Origin: Chlorokybus atmophyticus
Taxonomy: Eukaryota > Plantae > Mesostigma and Chlorokybus algae
Reading direction: 5' to 3'
Length of the DNA: 64,000 bases
NCBI GenBank assembly: GCA_009103225.1
Contig: RHPI01000277.1
Coordinates: forward strand, 766,074-830,073
Translations under genes and position numbers: made by a program
Shown here: positions 26,201-38,380 of the stretch, in pieces
How positions within the stretch are numbered: the first letter of the stretch is position 1
Layout of the letters: each line of letters begins with the position of its first letter
Notes under the pieces: generated by a model
What the model was told of the DNA's origin: nothing
Database searches by the model: none
The model's input: only the letters and a program-made list of their open reading frames with translations

Positions 26201-27265
26201 ACGCATGCACACATATGCGCACATCATGCCCAGCCACACGCGCACGCACATACCCATGCACACGTACTCCCATTAGCAAGGGCGCACAAAAGCGCAGAGC
26301 CAGAGCCTTACCAACCAGTTGTGCAGGTGTACAACCACTATGGAGTATGTGTTTACATTCAATCTAGGAGGGAGCGCACGTTCCTGGATGCGCGCAAGAT
26401 ACTAGTAAGTTAGCACAGCACCAACAGTCCTTGTGTCTGTGTTGCCAACGCATCTTGACACAGTTCAATCTAACGCTGATTGCTGCAGAGGCGGACATTC
26501 GCAGACTACGTCGAGAGCATATTGTCAGGTTGGTTACACCATTGCATGTAAACTCCTTGTGAAGTACAATTGCTTGTGCAATTGTTTAAACGGGGCTTGG
26601 CAGGCGTGGCCAATAACTCTGCGGAGACTGCGGAGACCGGAGTGTGCAGAGAGAAGCTGTATTGCGCGCTGGTATTGGAGCAACCACCACTTTTCTTCTT
26701 CAAAACTTATTTTGACGGATGGTCAAAGGTTTGGGATGCCTTCCGGTACAACTTGCAAGAGTTGGTTCTACTGTATGCGCCACAGCACTGGAAAGCGCAG
26801 CCCTCAGTCAAGAAGTTCTTGAAGGTGCGCACACCACCTGATGATCGTCACACACCAGCGTGCACATACACCAACATGCGCACGCATTGGTTGACAAGAC
26901 TGGGGCATGCAGACTTTTAGCACAACCTTGGTAACCCTGGGTGCATGCTCTGCGTTCAGGTCATTCCGGCTATCCAAGACTCGTGGGTACGCTGGCTCTT
27001 CCGCTCTTTCAGGTCAGTTCTGCCTTTGGGCATAGTCATACTGCAAGCATAGAACAATGCTGGTATATCTCAGTCTAACAGTGGCTGATATGATTCTTTT
27101 GTGGGTGGCAGTGCAATCTTTGGGGGCTGGTTGAATGCGGTGAATGACCACTTGATATGCGACTACATGGATGCTTTGCTCAACATAGAAGAGAGCAGCT
27201 TCCTGAGCCTGCCACCCACTGAGCTGGTCGCTGCCGACAAAACCAGCGCCCGTTCGCTTGCTTGA
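23258..27265 (+). CDS. Class-3 lipase (fungal/OBL1-type triacylglycerol lipase)
   Basis: VVVGFRGS, HPGFLNALGL, IFVTGH|SLGGALA (GxSxG), YTYAAPRIGD, RFVNTNDIVPRVPP and C-terminal NDHLICDY. The 5' start (MP|AAADG) is inferred from exon phase. Confidence 0.9.
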
Positions 27266-28445
27266 TGTGTGTAGGTGAGTGAGCTTAGTCACGTACGTAC
27301 AGTGCTTATGTACATAGCTAGGCGTTGGTGTAGTACTGCATGTGCGTGTATGGCTGCCAACTTCCAGGACGGTTTATAACTGAATGCTACTTTACGGGCA
27401 ATTCTTGCACCTGACATAAGCCAAAAGGGTTGGTGATGAGGGGGGGCTTTATTAGTGCATACGGTAGTCCAAAAACGAGCACAGGCCTGGCATCAACATC
27501 CATGCTTCCGAGTGTCAGCATATGTTGCACATCATGTGCAATGTGCAATGTATATCCTACCATCATTTGTCAGTCGCGCAATGTCTAAAGCACTGCCAAC
27601 CATCAGTACCACACAGGCCACAAGCTAAAACCACATTCACCAACAAGCAACATCACAAACAGCATATTGCTGTAGGCAATTAATTACTATATAGCCGCCT
27701 GCGTTTCATGCCAACTCGCTACTTGGGTTGCAATTCGTCAAGAGCCTGCAGTGTCTAAAGTGGCTGCAACGGTTGTCCTCACATATGTACTCTGACCTTT
27801 GCTTTGCTTTTTGCTGCTTTGCTACTTGTGACTGTACATGCATGCGAGCGTGCCCATGAGAGCGTCAAGGGTGGTTGCATGCAGCACATAACACACACGG
27901 CGAAGCAGCATACCGCACAGCAGTCTGACGTGCATTGAGTAACCAACCTAAAATGGTCTACAACAAACACCCAACAGCACTAATTGTGCAATGTTGTTGG
28001 AATGCAATGCATGCGATGACATGTGCCATGCGCACATACATACAGACAAGTCGTTAAAAACACTACTCACACTAGCAGCAATACAAACTTGACACTTGCA
28101 ACACATAGTACCATACCCCTTATATACACTGCTTGCGTGGCAATGCATCACAACGCACTGATGAACATCCGAGACATCTAAAAGGGGCAAACTCTTTTGC
28201 CACATCAATCACGACGCAATCACAAACTACTTACACATGTCTACAGCTAAATCAACTGTAGCAATGTCACGCTATTACACAACTAACCCTAGACCAGCTG
28301 CACACAAATTTAGCTTGCAGCGCCCTAACTCAGCACACATGAAGAGACGACTACAATACACATAGCAACCTGCCAGCTGGCACAAACTGGTTGACAATAG
28401 CTGTGGCGCTTTCAACACACATACCAACATCATCATCGCTGCACT

Positions 28446-29862
28446 TCAGTGGTTGTGCAGATGGCGGCGCGAACAGCTCGGCGAGTGGCTGAGGCCGTGA
28501 TGCTGGTTAGGGCTGCCCCAGGGACTGTTCTCCTCAGAAGGAGGGGGCATGGGACCCCGCCCGCGAAGATGAGGCGGCGGCATCTCTGGCCCGGGCGCGT
28601 GTGTGTGGTAATGCGGCTGACCGCATGGGCAAGGCAGGCTGTGCCTTGGAGGGCCCATCGCCTGCTGCACGTAAGGCTGAGGCTGGCCCCCGCCGCCGTA
28701 GTACTGCTGGCATGACGGGCACAGCCGCTCTTTGGTAGGCTCATCCACCTCCAGCCTTGCCACTGTGGCCTGCATGTAGAACAATATCAGAAGGACGCCG
28801 TTGGCTGCAGTTATGAGCACATGCGTAAGCCAGGCAGCATATGCCAGCTGGCATGCTTCTCATGAGTTACTGCACATAAGCACCGCCATGCGAGCGTGAA
28901 GTGGATGATGGGCCATGCCTGGTAGGCAGAAACGGGCATGTTCATTGTGTGCGATTGCCAGTGCTCACATAATTGCACAGAACACCCCCACAGGACTAGT
29001 AGCACGTATGCAAGCGGGTTTGTTGCTCATGATAGGCGGCACATGATTGAAAACATGTCCTGTCATCTATTGTTGTTACACTGTTGACACAAGCAGCGTA
29101 ACGAAACCCAGTAGTGTCCATGACTGAAATGCCCAAATTGATCGGGTACGACGGACTTGGGCAGAGTAACACAACAAGACCACAATGGACATGAACATAC
29201 ACAGCAAACACAAGCAAAGTTCTTGTATGTGCCGACTAGCATGCACCAGAAGCACACACGAGGCCCTAAGAGCTTGAGACGTGACAGCGCCAGGCAGAAA
29301 CCAACAACCACAAGCTTTTGTTATGCTGGGCAACGGCAAGCATTCATGGCGTTGAGAGCAGTAGCATCAGCAACAGCATAAACGTCAGCAATGCCTACAT
29401 TGCGCCGGCAAAGTATGACACAGACAAAGGCAGCCAGTCTTGAGATTAAGCAGAAACCTAACCTATTTTGGCTGCTAAGGCAAGCTTGAAGCTTGTGCTA
29501 CGTTTGCAACACAGACGCAAAGGAACAGGCCTTAAGCTAGATCCACAAGCTTACAGTACATAGCGGGCATTGCCTACAAAGGTCAGCAGTTGGGCTTGGA
29601 GCAAGTAGAAATAAGCTAAGGCTGCGTGCAAACTTCAGTTGCTAATTGCAAGCATGCAATTACAGCATTGTTTACTTGCTGCGGCGCAAGCTTCAACCAT
29701 CAGCATAAACTTCAAGCTACAAGCTGCTGCTTCTGCGCAGCCCCGTACCTGAGCGGCGCTGAGCAAGCTGATGGCCGAGTTGGCCGCAGCCACAAGCGTC
29801 TTCAGCCCCACGATGAACAGCGCCAGCACCAGCTGAATCGCCCGCTGCCCCGAACTCTCCAT
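28446..29862 (-). CDS. Orphan two-exon protein (about 145 aa): hydrophobic N-terminal helix plus Pro/Gly/His-rich tail
   Basis: Exon 29862-29749 (MESSGQRAIQLVLALFIVGLKTLVAAANSAISLLSAAQ, donor GTACGG) joins in phase 0 to exon 28769-28446 (ATVARLEVDEPTKERLCPSCQQ...). Confidence 0.6.
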
Positions 29863-30347
29863 CTTGCTTTGCTTAAACCCTCCTCCTTAACCTTCTCTTT
29901 CCCTCTCCACCCTCTCCTTCTCCTTCCCGTCCTCCCCCCGCCCCCCGCCACCCGGCGCCCACCAGCCTAACCGGCCTAGCGTTGTCTGGCAGGCTGGCTG
30001 CCAAACCATTGGAAGTGCTGTTAGCCTAACGGGATGCCGAGACGACAAACGCGCAATTTGCTTACCCAATATGCGCGTACCTCGGTTGAGTTACCCGCTG
30101 TTGCTGTTGGTGCGTCATGCGTGATGAGAAGGGTTGTAAGCGTGACGCGCGATGCAGGAGGACACCTCTAACTGAGAACTATTTGATTGAAGCTAAAGCA
30201 CACTAGTGTGCCAGCTTAGCTCAGCGTTGTTGCCGCCGCCGCGGCAGGGGTGCTGTCGGCGGTGTCGGCGGTGTGAGGCGGCGGAGGTTGGGAGAGGTAA
30301 GAGGCCGTGGGCCGCCATCCGGTCAGCTTATTGTTGCTGCTGCAACG

Positions 30348-33300
30348 ATGGGTCCGGCCATGGATGTGGTGGCTGCCTCGCAAGCTGCCGGCGGTGGTGC
30401 AAGTGGTGAGCTAAGCGTCGTGCTTGTCGCTGTTGGTGCTGCTGCAGCTCTTTTGTCGCTGTTGTGTTTGCAGCAGGGCTGTCTGTTTGCACTTCAGTCT
30501 TGTTTTCTCACTTGCTTAAATCATTGCCGCGAGAGGTTCAAGTGAAGCTTTTGCGTGGTGGCATGGCGTTTCGTGGCGTTTACTGCGTTAACAGCTCAAG
30601 CAATTGTCCAGTTGAAGCGTGTAGCTTTCCCGTGTTGCAAGTCAGGATGTCAACAGTGGCGACTTCTGTAGGCATCTGTTTTGCATGTAGCAAACGCCAC
30701 TGCTATGTATGCTGCGGGGACTTCATGTCAAAAGTGCAGGCTGGCTGTCTACTGGTTGAGTTACTATAGGGACATGAAGATGCTCGCAAGTGTTTTCCTA
30801 TTGGCTGACAGCTGTCCGTTACGCTTGGCTACAGCGCCAGCTATACCTAAGCGTACTGAGGATTCGACTAACAACCATGCTTGAGTTCACTGGTGCAAGC
30901 ACCAGTGAACTCAAGCAGGGTTGTTAGTCAGGACGGGAATAAAGTTATTGTTCAGCATGACTCAGAGTGCGCTACTCTGAACTAGTTTCTGTACACCAAC
31001 ATCAAGTAGTACACAAGCTGTTGCTTGCATCAAGATAGCATACAGATTACGAAAGAAACAAAGAAAGAAAAGCACAAAAGCAGCAGAAAGAAATGCATTT
31101 ATGCAGCAGCTGTCTACATTAAACGTTTAGGCTCTACACGTTCAGTTTGGTTATTTCCTTCTCAACCTTTTGCCAGCAACAATGCGCTGCATTTGACTGC
31201 TTGCATTCGTGGATTGGCGAATAGTTCAGCTACCCTGTGATTGCCTTTGCAATTACAGGCTAGCTCTTGATGTTCATGCGATCACGCGGAGATAAAAACT
31301 GTTATTAGCCTGGTGACAAGAACAGTGCTGCCACAGGGTGATCATTACTGTCTGCTTATCTCAAGCACGGGTCTTGATTTGCAGTTGCCACTACCGTCGG
31401 ACCGCGACTGTTTCAGGGTGTTGAGCGAGGCAAGTTTGGTTTTGAGATGTTGAAGAAGATGGGCTGGTCAGAAGGCAAAGGACTGGGAGTCAATGAAAAT
31501 GGCATTGCTATGCACATACGCATCGCCAAAAAGCAGGACACTCTTGGTATGTATTGTTGGTTGGTTTACGGCTGTGTTGCAGCTTTTGGAGTACATGTGT
31601 GCGATTTTGTGTGCAGATGTGTTTCATATCCGCCTTTAAGCATAATATCAGAGTTTGCCCATCTGTCGCTGGGAGGGTGTGGACTTGTCTGCATTGTCGC
31701 TGTTTTTGTGTTGCGTGCATGTCTGTATTTGTGAGCAAGTGAATGCAGACACAAACATGTGTGGGTGGGTGCGTGCATGCTCGTGGGCGCGTGTGCATTG
31801 ACATTGCGCGTACGGAGTTGCTCAACAACATAACAAAAGTGGGTTTGCAGGTGTTGGTGTCGCAGAGCAAGACAAAGTCTGCGCCTGGACAGTGAACACG
31901 GTTGCTTATGACTCCATCCTCGCCAATCTCAATGCGCGAGTTACTGCCTCTTCTGGTGCATCCACTGCGAAGTCCTCAGCATCAGAGTCTGATGCCACCG
32001 ATGAGGATGATGAGGACGTCCCGGAGGTCACGCCCAACCCGCGCACTATAAGGGAGCGCATCGTGAAGCCCCATGGACGGTACCAAAAGAGGGAGAAGGG
32101 CAAGCTTGTTGCAGGCTACTCAAGCAAAGACTTGGCAGAGATTCTTGTAAGTGCTGTTTCTTTACGCGGTTGCGGTTGTAGTTGTGGGTGTGGGTGTGGG
32201 TGTGGGTGTAGGTGTAGTTGTGGCTGTGTTCATGTAGGGCAGCAAAACATGAAGCATATCAATGTTCATCTCTTCACTTTATTCTCAGGGTCATGCACCC
32301 GGTACGCCTTCCGTTGCGACTCCAGAGGTGGTGGAGCCGGTGCGTGTTGGTGGTGGCGACGATGATGCACAGCACTCTAAGTTGAAGAAGCGCAAGAGTA
32401 AAGCTGCTGTTGTCGCGAGCGAGGCAGAGCAAGCGGAGAACGACAAGCAGCAGAAAAAGAAGAGTAAGAAGAAGGCTGCTTATGAGGAAGCTGCGCCAGT
32501 TGAAACTTTGTTGCATGATGAAAGTGTTGCTGCGGAGCCCATTCAAGCGGAGAGGCAGCAGAAGAAGCAGAAGAAGGTCAAATTGATCGACATGCCTGCA
32601 GAACAGCCCTCATACTCAGTGGCAGGTTGGTTGCATGTGCTTGATATCGATCTGACATTGGATCCTTTTGGCAAAATTTGTATAACATGGAGCTCAACCT
32701 CACTACATTGTGCCTGATCATGCAGAACAAGCGTCTACGGCGTCGCCTCCAATGGAGCCTGAGGACCCCGCGCAACCAGTGTGGTGGCGGCGACTTTTTG
32801 TGCGAGGCGGTCAGCTTGGAGCCATCCGGGATCCTGAACAGGAAACAGGCGAAGTCGTACGCGGGTTTAGCGAAAAGGACCAGGAAGACTTGTACACTCA
32901 AGTGCAGGTGCAGCTCGCTGTGTGTGCGTGCGTGCGCATGTTTGCGCATCACTCCAGTATGAGTTGCAGCTTCCACGTGCTGGTTTCATGTAACTCATTC
33001 GCTCTTTTGTTCATTTGCGCAGAATAAGTCCATTGCCGGGAAGAAGGGTTTGGGGGTGGATGGGTTGCCGAAGAAGGTGGCGGGGGCACGTTGGGGCGGG
33101 ACGAAAATGACATTCGATGACGATGATGAGGGAACAGAGCAGGCAGGTCCACCTCCTCAGACTGCTTTGCAAGAAGTTCAACCTGATGCAGTTGCAGCGC
33201 CCAAGATTAAGTGGAAGAAGCTCATTCAGCAAGCCTTGAAAACGGTATGCTGTTATGTTTCGTGTGTTGTAACGCACGACATGTGGTCATGCTGTGTTCA

Positions 33301-33693
33301 GCTTGAGTATTAGTCTGCAGTATTGTGCATATTGTGGTTGGGAGTCGGCTTTGGGAAGAGTGCTTTGTGTAGGATGTCAGTAACCTGCCAACTGCCGCAG
33401 TCGCAGAAAGGAGTCATGCGCATCAGCAAGTTGAAAGAGAAGGTTTTGGAGCTTTCAGCTGCTCAAGGCATAGCCATTACTTACAGCGATGGTGTGGAAA
33501 AGGAGTTCCTGTATGAGGTGAGCCGGGTGAAGCAACAAGGCTGACTGTACTGCTGCATACATTCATCAGCACTTGCATTGGCTCATCAGTGCTGGTTATT
33601 GATGTCATTGTGTAGCAGATTGAACGAAGCTCCAAGTTTGTAGTTACGGGAAACAAAGTTGCATTAGTGATGTCCGTTAAGGGTTCAGAGTAG
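30348..33693 (+). CDS. G-patch domain protein, plant GDP1/PINX1-like nucleolar factor
   Basis: G-patch FGFEMLKKMGWSEGKGLG, Lys-rich middle, GFSEKDQEDLYTQVQ...GKKGLG and LYAR-like C-terminus KIKWKKLIQQALK...IERSSKFVV. Confidence 0.88.
30866..30929. repeat. 31-bp inverted repeat (1 mismatch, 2-nt spacer) in intron 1 of the G-patch gene
   Basis: GACTAACAACCATGCTTGAGTTCACTGGTGC-AA-GCACCAGTGAACTCAAGCAGGGTTGTTAGTC. Confidence 0.95.
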
Positions 33694-34778
33694 GGGTGAG
33701 GGGAGGGGGTACAGATAGATTGTGTGTTTGAGACAGCTGTGGTTGTGGTGGTCTATTGCTCGAGACATATTGCCTCAGTTTGATAGTGCTGCCGTTGGCA
33801 TAAGTAAAGCTCTGTGCGGTTGGGGCACAACCCCACCCATGCCCCAATTTCCTGGCGCACCTCAACGCCTGCTCCATTACCTACTTGTTGTTGTTATTGT
33901 TATGGTCTTTGCAAGTGCTCTTCCTTGCTGTTGTGTGTCTGATTAGTTATGCTTATGCACGTCCCCGCTGCACTGCACTGCTGATGTGGGTGTGCTTATC
34001 CGTGTGGCCGCTGTGCATGTGCCTGCCTTGTGATCATATGTACTACGACAGCCTTTTGGCAATCGACCAATAGCGCTGGTTGCATTGCTTACGTCTGCCT
34101 GCTTCCCTCTTGACCAACCTCAGCACAAGGGCAACAGGACTGCTAATACATGAGACCTAAACAGCGGCGCTGAAGTGGCATGGCTGCACACTTAGTTTCT
34201 CGGAATTTATGAGGAAATGTGTTTGGACTTGAAGGCTTGCAGTCGCAGCGGTAAGGACTGGACTGCGGCATGCTGTGTAGCCGTGTGTGCTGTTTGAGTG
34301 TTGACAATGCATGCAATGGGGCTTCACTATCACAACACAGCACACCATCCAACACTTCAGTGCATTAGGCCAGCTCATGACATCAATGTGTGCCGGGGCT
34401 AACAGCTCTCCACCTGCTACACAAGTGCATGCGTGCAATTCAGCAGTGGGTTGCAGAGGGGTTCAAGGCGAAAGGAGGAAAGGGCAACAACCTGCAGTAG
34501 GATACACCAAGTGCAACGCGATGCTTGTGATGTGCAGTGCAGTGCTTTACCCCCGTGCCCCGCAGGACATTGAGGAGTACTTGTTGATGTGCAATTGTTA
34601 GTGCTGAATCGCCAGCACGTTACCACACACACACACACACATAACAGTACGTTACACTACGCTACGTCTCGTGCATTGCGACGGCAGACAATCGCCGCTT
34701 GTTGAAACAACAAACCCTAGACAGCGCCGCCGTCACAGTGCCGGCTACGTCACGTTCACTTCACGCAACTGCACGACC

Positions 34779-36164
34779 ATGACGCCCAGCACGCCACCAC
34801 CGCCCCTCAAGTAACCACCCTCACCACACCCAGCGCCGCCTCTGGCTCTCTCGCAGTGGTCGACACACAGGAAAGAAAGTTCGCAAGCGCGAAACAAAGT
34901 TCATCACATTGGGCCTGAGGTTGCAAGCTGGGCACACACGCTAACTCGCAGCGGCACACCAGCTAGGCTATGGGCTTAGCCCACTGGGTTACAGCACAGC
35001 GGGCGCTAAACTCAGCAGCAGCAGTTTGAGAAAAGGCAGAGAAAGGAGTGGCAGGCAGGGAAGGCATGCTGCCACACGACTCAGGGCGGCAGTCCGTTCT
35101 TGGAGCAGCAATCAAGTAAGCATGAGTGACGAAAGACCGCGGGTTCTATTTTGAATGTCGATTAGACCAAACAACCAACAGATTATACACATTGCAGCAA
35201 GGATTGCTTGTCAATGGGAGCACAATTAACGATGCCGCTCGCATTGCAAGTGTTAGTTGCAGGTTTGCATTGACAGTGGCAACTGGCAATGATGGTACTT
35301 CTGCTGTTGGCTTTGCATCTCAGAGGGCTGACAAGCGAGATTTGAGTATATGTTGAATTGTTTGTTTTTACAACCCCAGACGCTTTGCGTTCCATGCAGA
35401 CATTGTGTTGTGCAGCGATACAACCTTTTTGTTGGTTGCTGAGCTGAACTCTGTAACAACAGGGATCGCACATGCATGTGTTGAGCGTGCACACAAGCCA
35501 TCAAATTCTGGCCTCCCCTTATACACTGCATTTTTGGTTCGCACAGTAGTTCAAAACTAGGAGTGTGGAACATGAATTAGCAGTAGTTGCAGTGCTGAGT
35601 AAATCTTGGCTGATAAATGTGCATGTGCATGCGTGCGTGCGTGCGTTTGCATGTGTGCATTTGCGTGCGTGTGTTTGCGCGCATGTTGGTTGTGTGTTCG
35701 GGCGTGCCTGCATGCACGTGCCTGCGTGTGTATGTCCATGTGCATATGCGCTTGTGTCCACGTGCGCGAACTCAAACATGTGCAAGTGTACGCGTCCGCA
35801 CACGACAACGCACGCCCTCTGTTCGCCCCTGACTCAGAGTGTGTCTCTGCGTGTGCGTGACAGACAGCTGCGGCTACGCTACAGCCGTCGCTTTCTCCGT
35901 CTCTTCCGCAAGCGCAGGCGCCGCCACGCCCTCCTTCTCCTCCTCCTCATCGCCCTCGTCGCATGCGTCCTCCTCTGGCGCAAGCACACTCACGCTATCA
36001 TCAACCCTCTACACACCACCCAGGCGTGGCACACATCCACAACAGCGGCGAGTGATGCTGCTGCCACAACTCCCCCTGCTGGTGTTGTTGGCAATGCTGC
36101 CAGTGTTGAAGCTGCGCCGCCGCCTGTGCGCGTAGCTGGCGAGAAGGTGCAGCAAGAGACGTGA
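34779..36164 (+). CDS. Short type-II single-pass membrane protein (possible truncated glycosyltransferase N-terminus)
   Basis: Exons 34779-34810, 34857-34919 and 35864-36164 join in phase. They give a basic tail (RRFLRLFRKRRRRH), a hydrophobic helix (ALLLLLLIALVACVLLW) and a T/A/P-rich stem. The first intron is only 46 nt. Confidence 0.55.
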
Positions 36165-36399
36165 CTGTTGGAGAGTGATGTTGTGGATGTTTGTGTGTAT
36201 ATGTGTGACAAAATGATGTTTGCGTGTGCGACCATCTGTTATTTTGGGTAGACATGCACGCATGCACGGGAGCGCGTATGCGCACACGCATGTGCACACA
36301 CAGAGGCATGTACATTGTGTGGGGTAAGTTGTGGTAATGTATGCACACATGTGTGCGTGTAAGGTTGGATGCGATTGAAACATGATGGCTGCTAAGAAG

Positions 36400-38380
36400 G
36401 GCAGCAGTCAGTTGCAAAGGTTTGGGTAACAGCACACGAGTGACCCTCAAACCGCAGGTTCATGAAGAAACGTGAGAAAATTTTAAACCAGCTACAATGC
36501 AATGCTCTATCGTGCGGCATTGACACACACGCCTTACAAATCAAGTTGGGCACATCAAGTCGGCAATCACTGCTGGTTCAAGCAAACCGTGACCCAGCTG
36601 CAGCAACTTTGAACCGCACAACCCTGCAAGTGTGTGTTGGGCTAGCAAGGGCCAGGCTTGCAGCTTGTGTTTCAGCTGCTTGCCTGCCAGCCACACCAAA
36701 CCCAACGTCACTATATGAGGACTGTGTGTGTGCGTGCGTGTGCATAGTGTTGTGAGGATGGTGTGTAACATCACTGCATATTTACTATGCGCATGCTGGT
36801 ATAAAGCATGCAAGCTTGTTGAACATAGTCCTCTTGTTTTAACTTCATACACATTGCTGGCAGAAGTGCAGACTTACGCTGACTCCTTACAAGACACGCA
36901 GCAACAACCTACAGTGCCTTATGCCATGACAGAAAATGACAGGAACCACCTGAAAAACTTGCAGTGGTTTATGGTTGTCACGCAAGTAGACAAGGGTAAT
37001 GGGACTCTGGCGCTGATGTGCAAGTCATACTGTTTACAACAATTGCGTGCAGCACTGGCAACGCCAACTTGTGAGGCCTGTCAAGAGAGCTCGGAAGATA
37101 TCATGGCGTTGCACCAGGCCTACAACACTACTCAAGGCTTTGCTTCAACCAAAAAGGGAGTACACTTGCATTTACCGCACTTGTACATGACAGTCAAAGT
37201 TCATATCTACCCACCCACACCTCGCTTCATTGCTGCTGCCTATGCTACTACTCTGGCTGATGCACGTATTTGGCTAACGCGGGCATACAAGGGTATGACA
37301 ATTGTGATAAACACTTTGTGGAGTGAGGCTTTGGGAGAGAGCATGCAGCTGGGTGTTGAAGGATTCTAGAGGATTTGCACGACTGCAACACTTCCATAAC
37401 AACAACCGTAAACCTCAGCAGAAGCGTGAGCATTTGTGGTTGTAGAGTTTTGATTGTACCACTCTATGCACTAATCTAGCACATGCTGATCTGCTATTAC
37501 GCATGAGGGGCTGGTTGACAAAGTGTTTGCGTGCATCAAGCGTACCACACATTTGCGCATCAATATTCAGTCCGGGGATGTGACGTGCACTTGGGTGTGG
37601 TACTACGGTGATTAGGGAAGGCGTAACCCGCGTGTTCACAGCTGATATGTTGCAATGTTGAAATACTTGATTAACAACTTGTATGTGCAAACCGCACAGG
37701 ATGAGCTCCACCGTCAAGCGGTTGGTATATATGCCCATGGGCAACAATGCGGGTATACATTGCTACGTATGACTTGTTCACATATGAGTTAGATTTTGTA
37801 AACAGGTTGGTGATGGCGGGGCAGCGTAACGTGGCTGTGAGGTTTGCACGCAATGTTGTACGATATGTTGATGATCTGCTCGTGATGGCACTGCCAGAGT
37901 TCACTACTTGTATGTATTAGGACCCTGCAGTGCTGGGGGGTGGGATCTGCCCACGACACATGCTCACACTCTCACAGTCCGCACAGGGTGTGTGCATACC
38001 GATCTTGGACTTACTGATCTTTCAGACCCCAAATGTAGGCTTGTGCACGAGAGTTTATAACAAGCTCAACACTGCACCATTCAGGTTTATCCCACGCATC
38101 CGGATAGCAATATCTCCAAATCAGCAAAGTTCAGTGTGGTTGTCTCTCAGTTTGTACGCTTTGTGCGCATTTGCACATTGCAAACACACTTCTTGCAAGA
38201 GATGGTGCAGTTATTGCGTGACATGCAGTCATATGGGTATCCCATGCACACATTGCTTTCAAAGTTGCGAGCAAAGATGTACAGGACAGCAGGCATGGCA
38301 TACGGTGTCGTGCAAGAGATTGTACGTGCTGGTGGCGCAGAGGTGCGCAGCAACGAACGACAGGCAGATGGGTGAGTGAG
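36400..38380 (+). mobile_element. Decayed Penelope-like retroelement RT (Naiad/Chlamys-type), with stops and frameshifts
   Basis: VVTQVDKGNG (PLE DKG motif), LPHLYMTVKVH, PRFIAA, SFDCTTLCTNLAHADL (motif A), RQAVGI..PMG (motif B), VRYVDDLL at 37864-37875, ILDLLI, TRVYNK and SQFVRFVRIC thumb motif. Confidence 0.88.
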
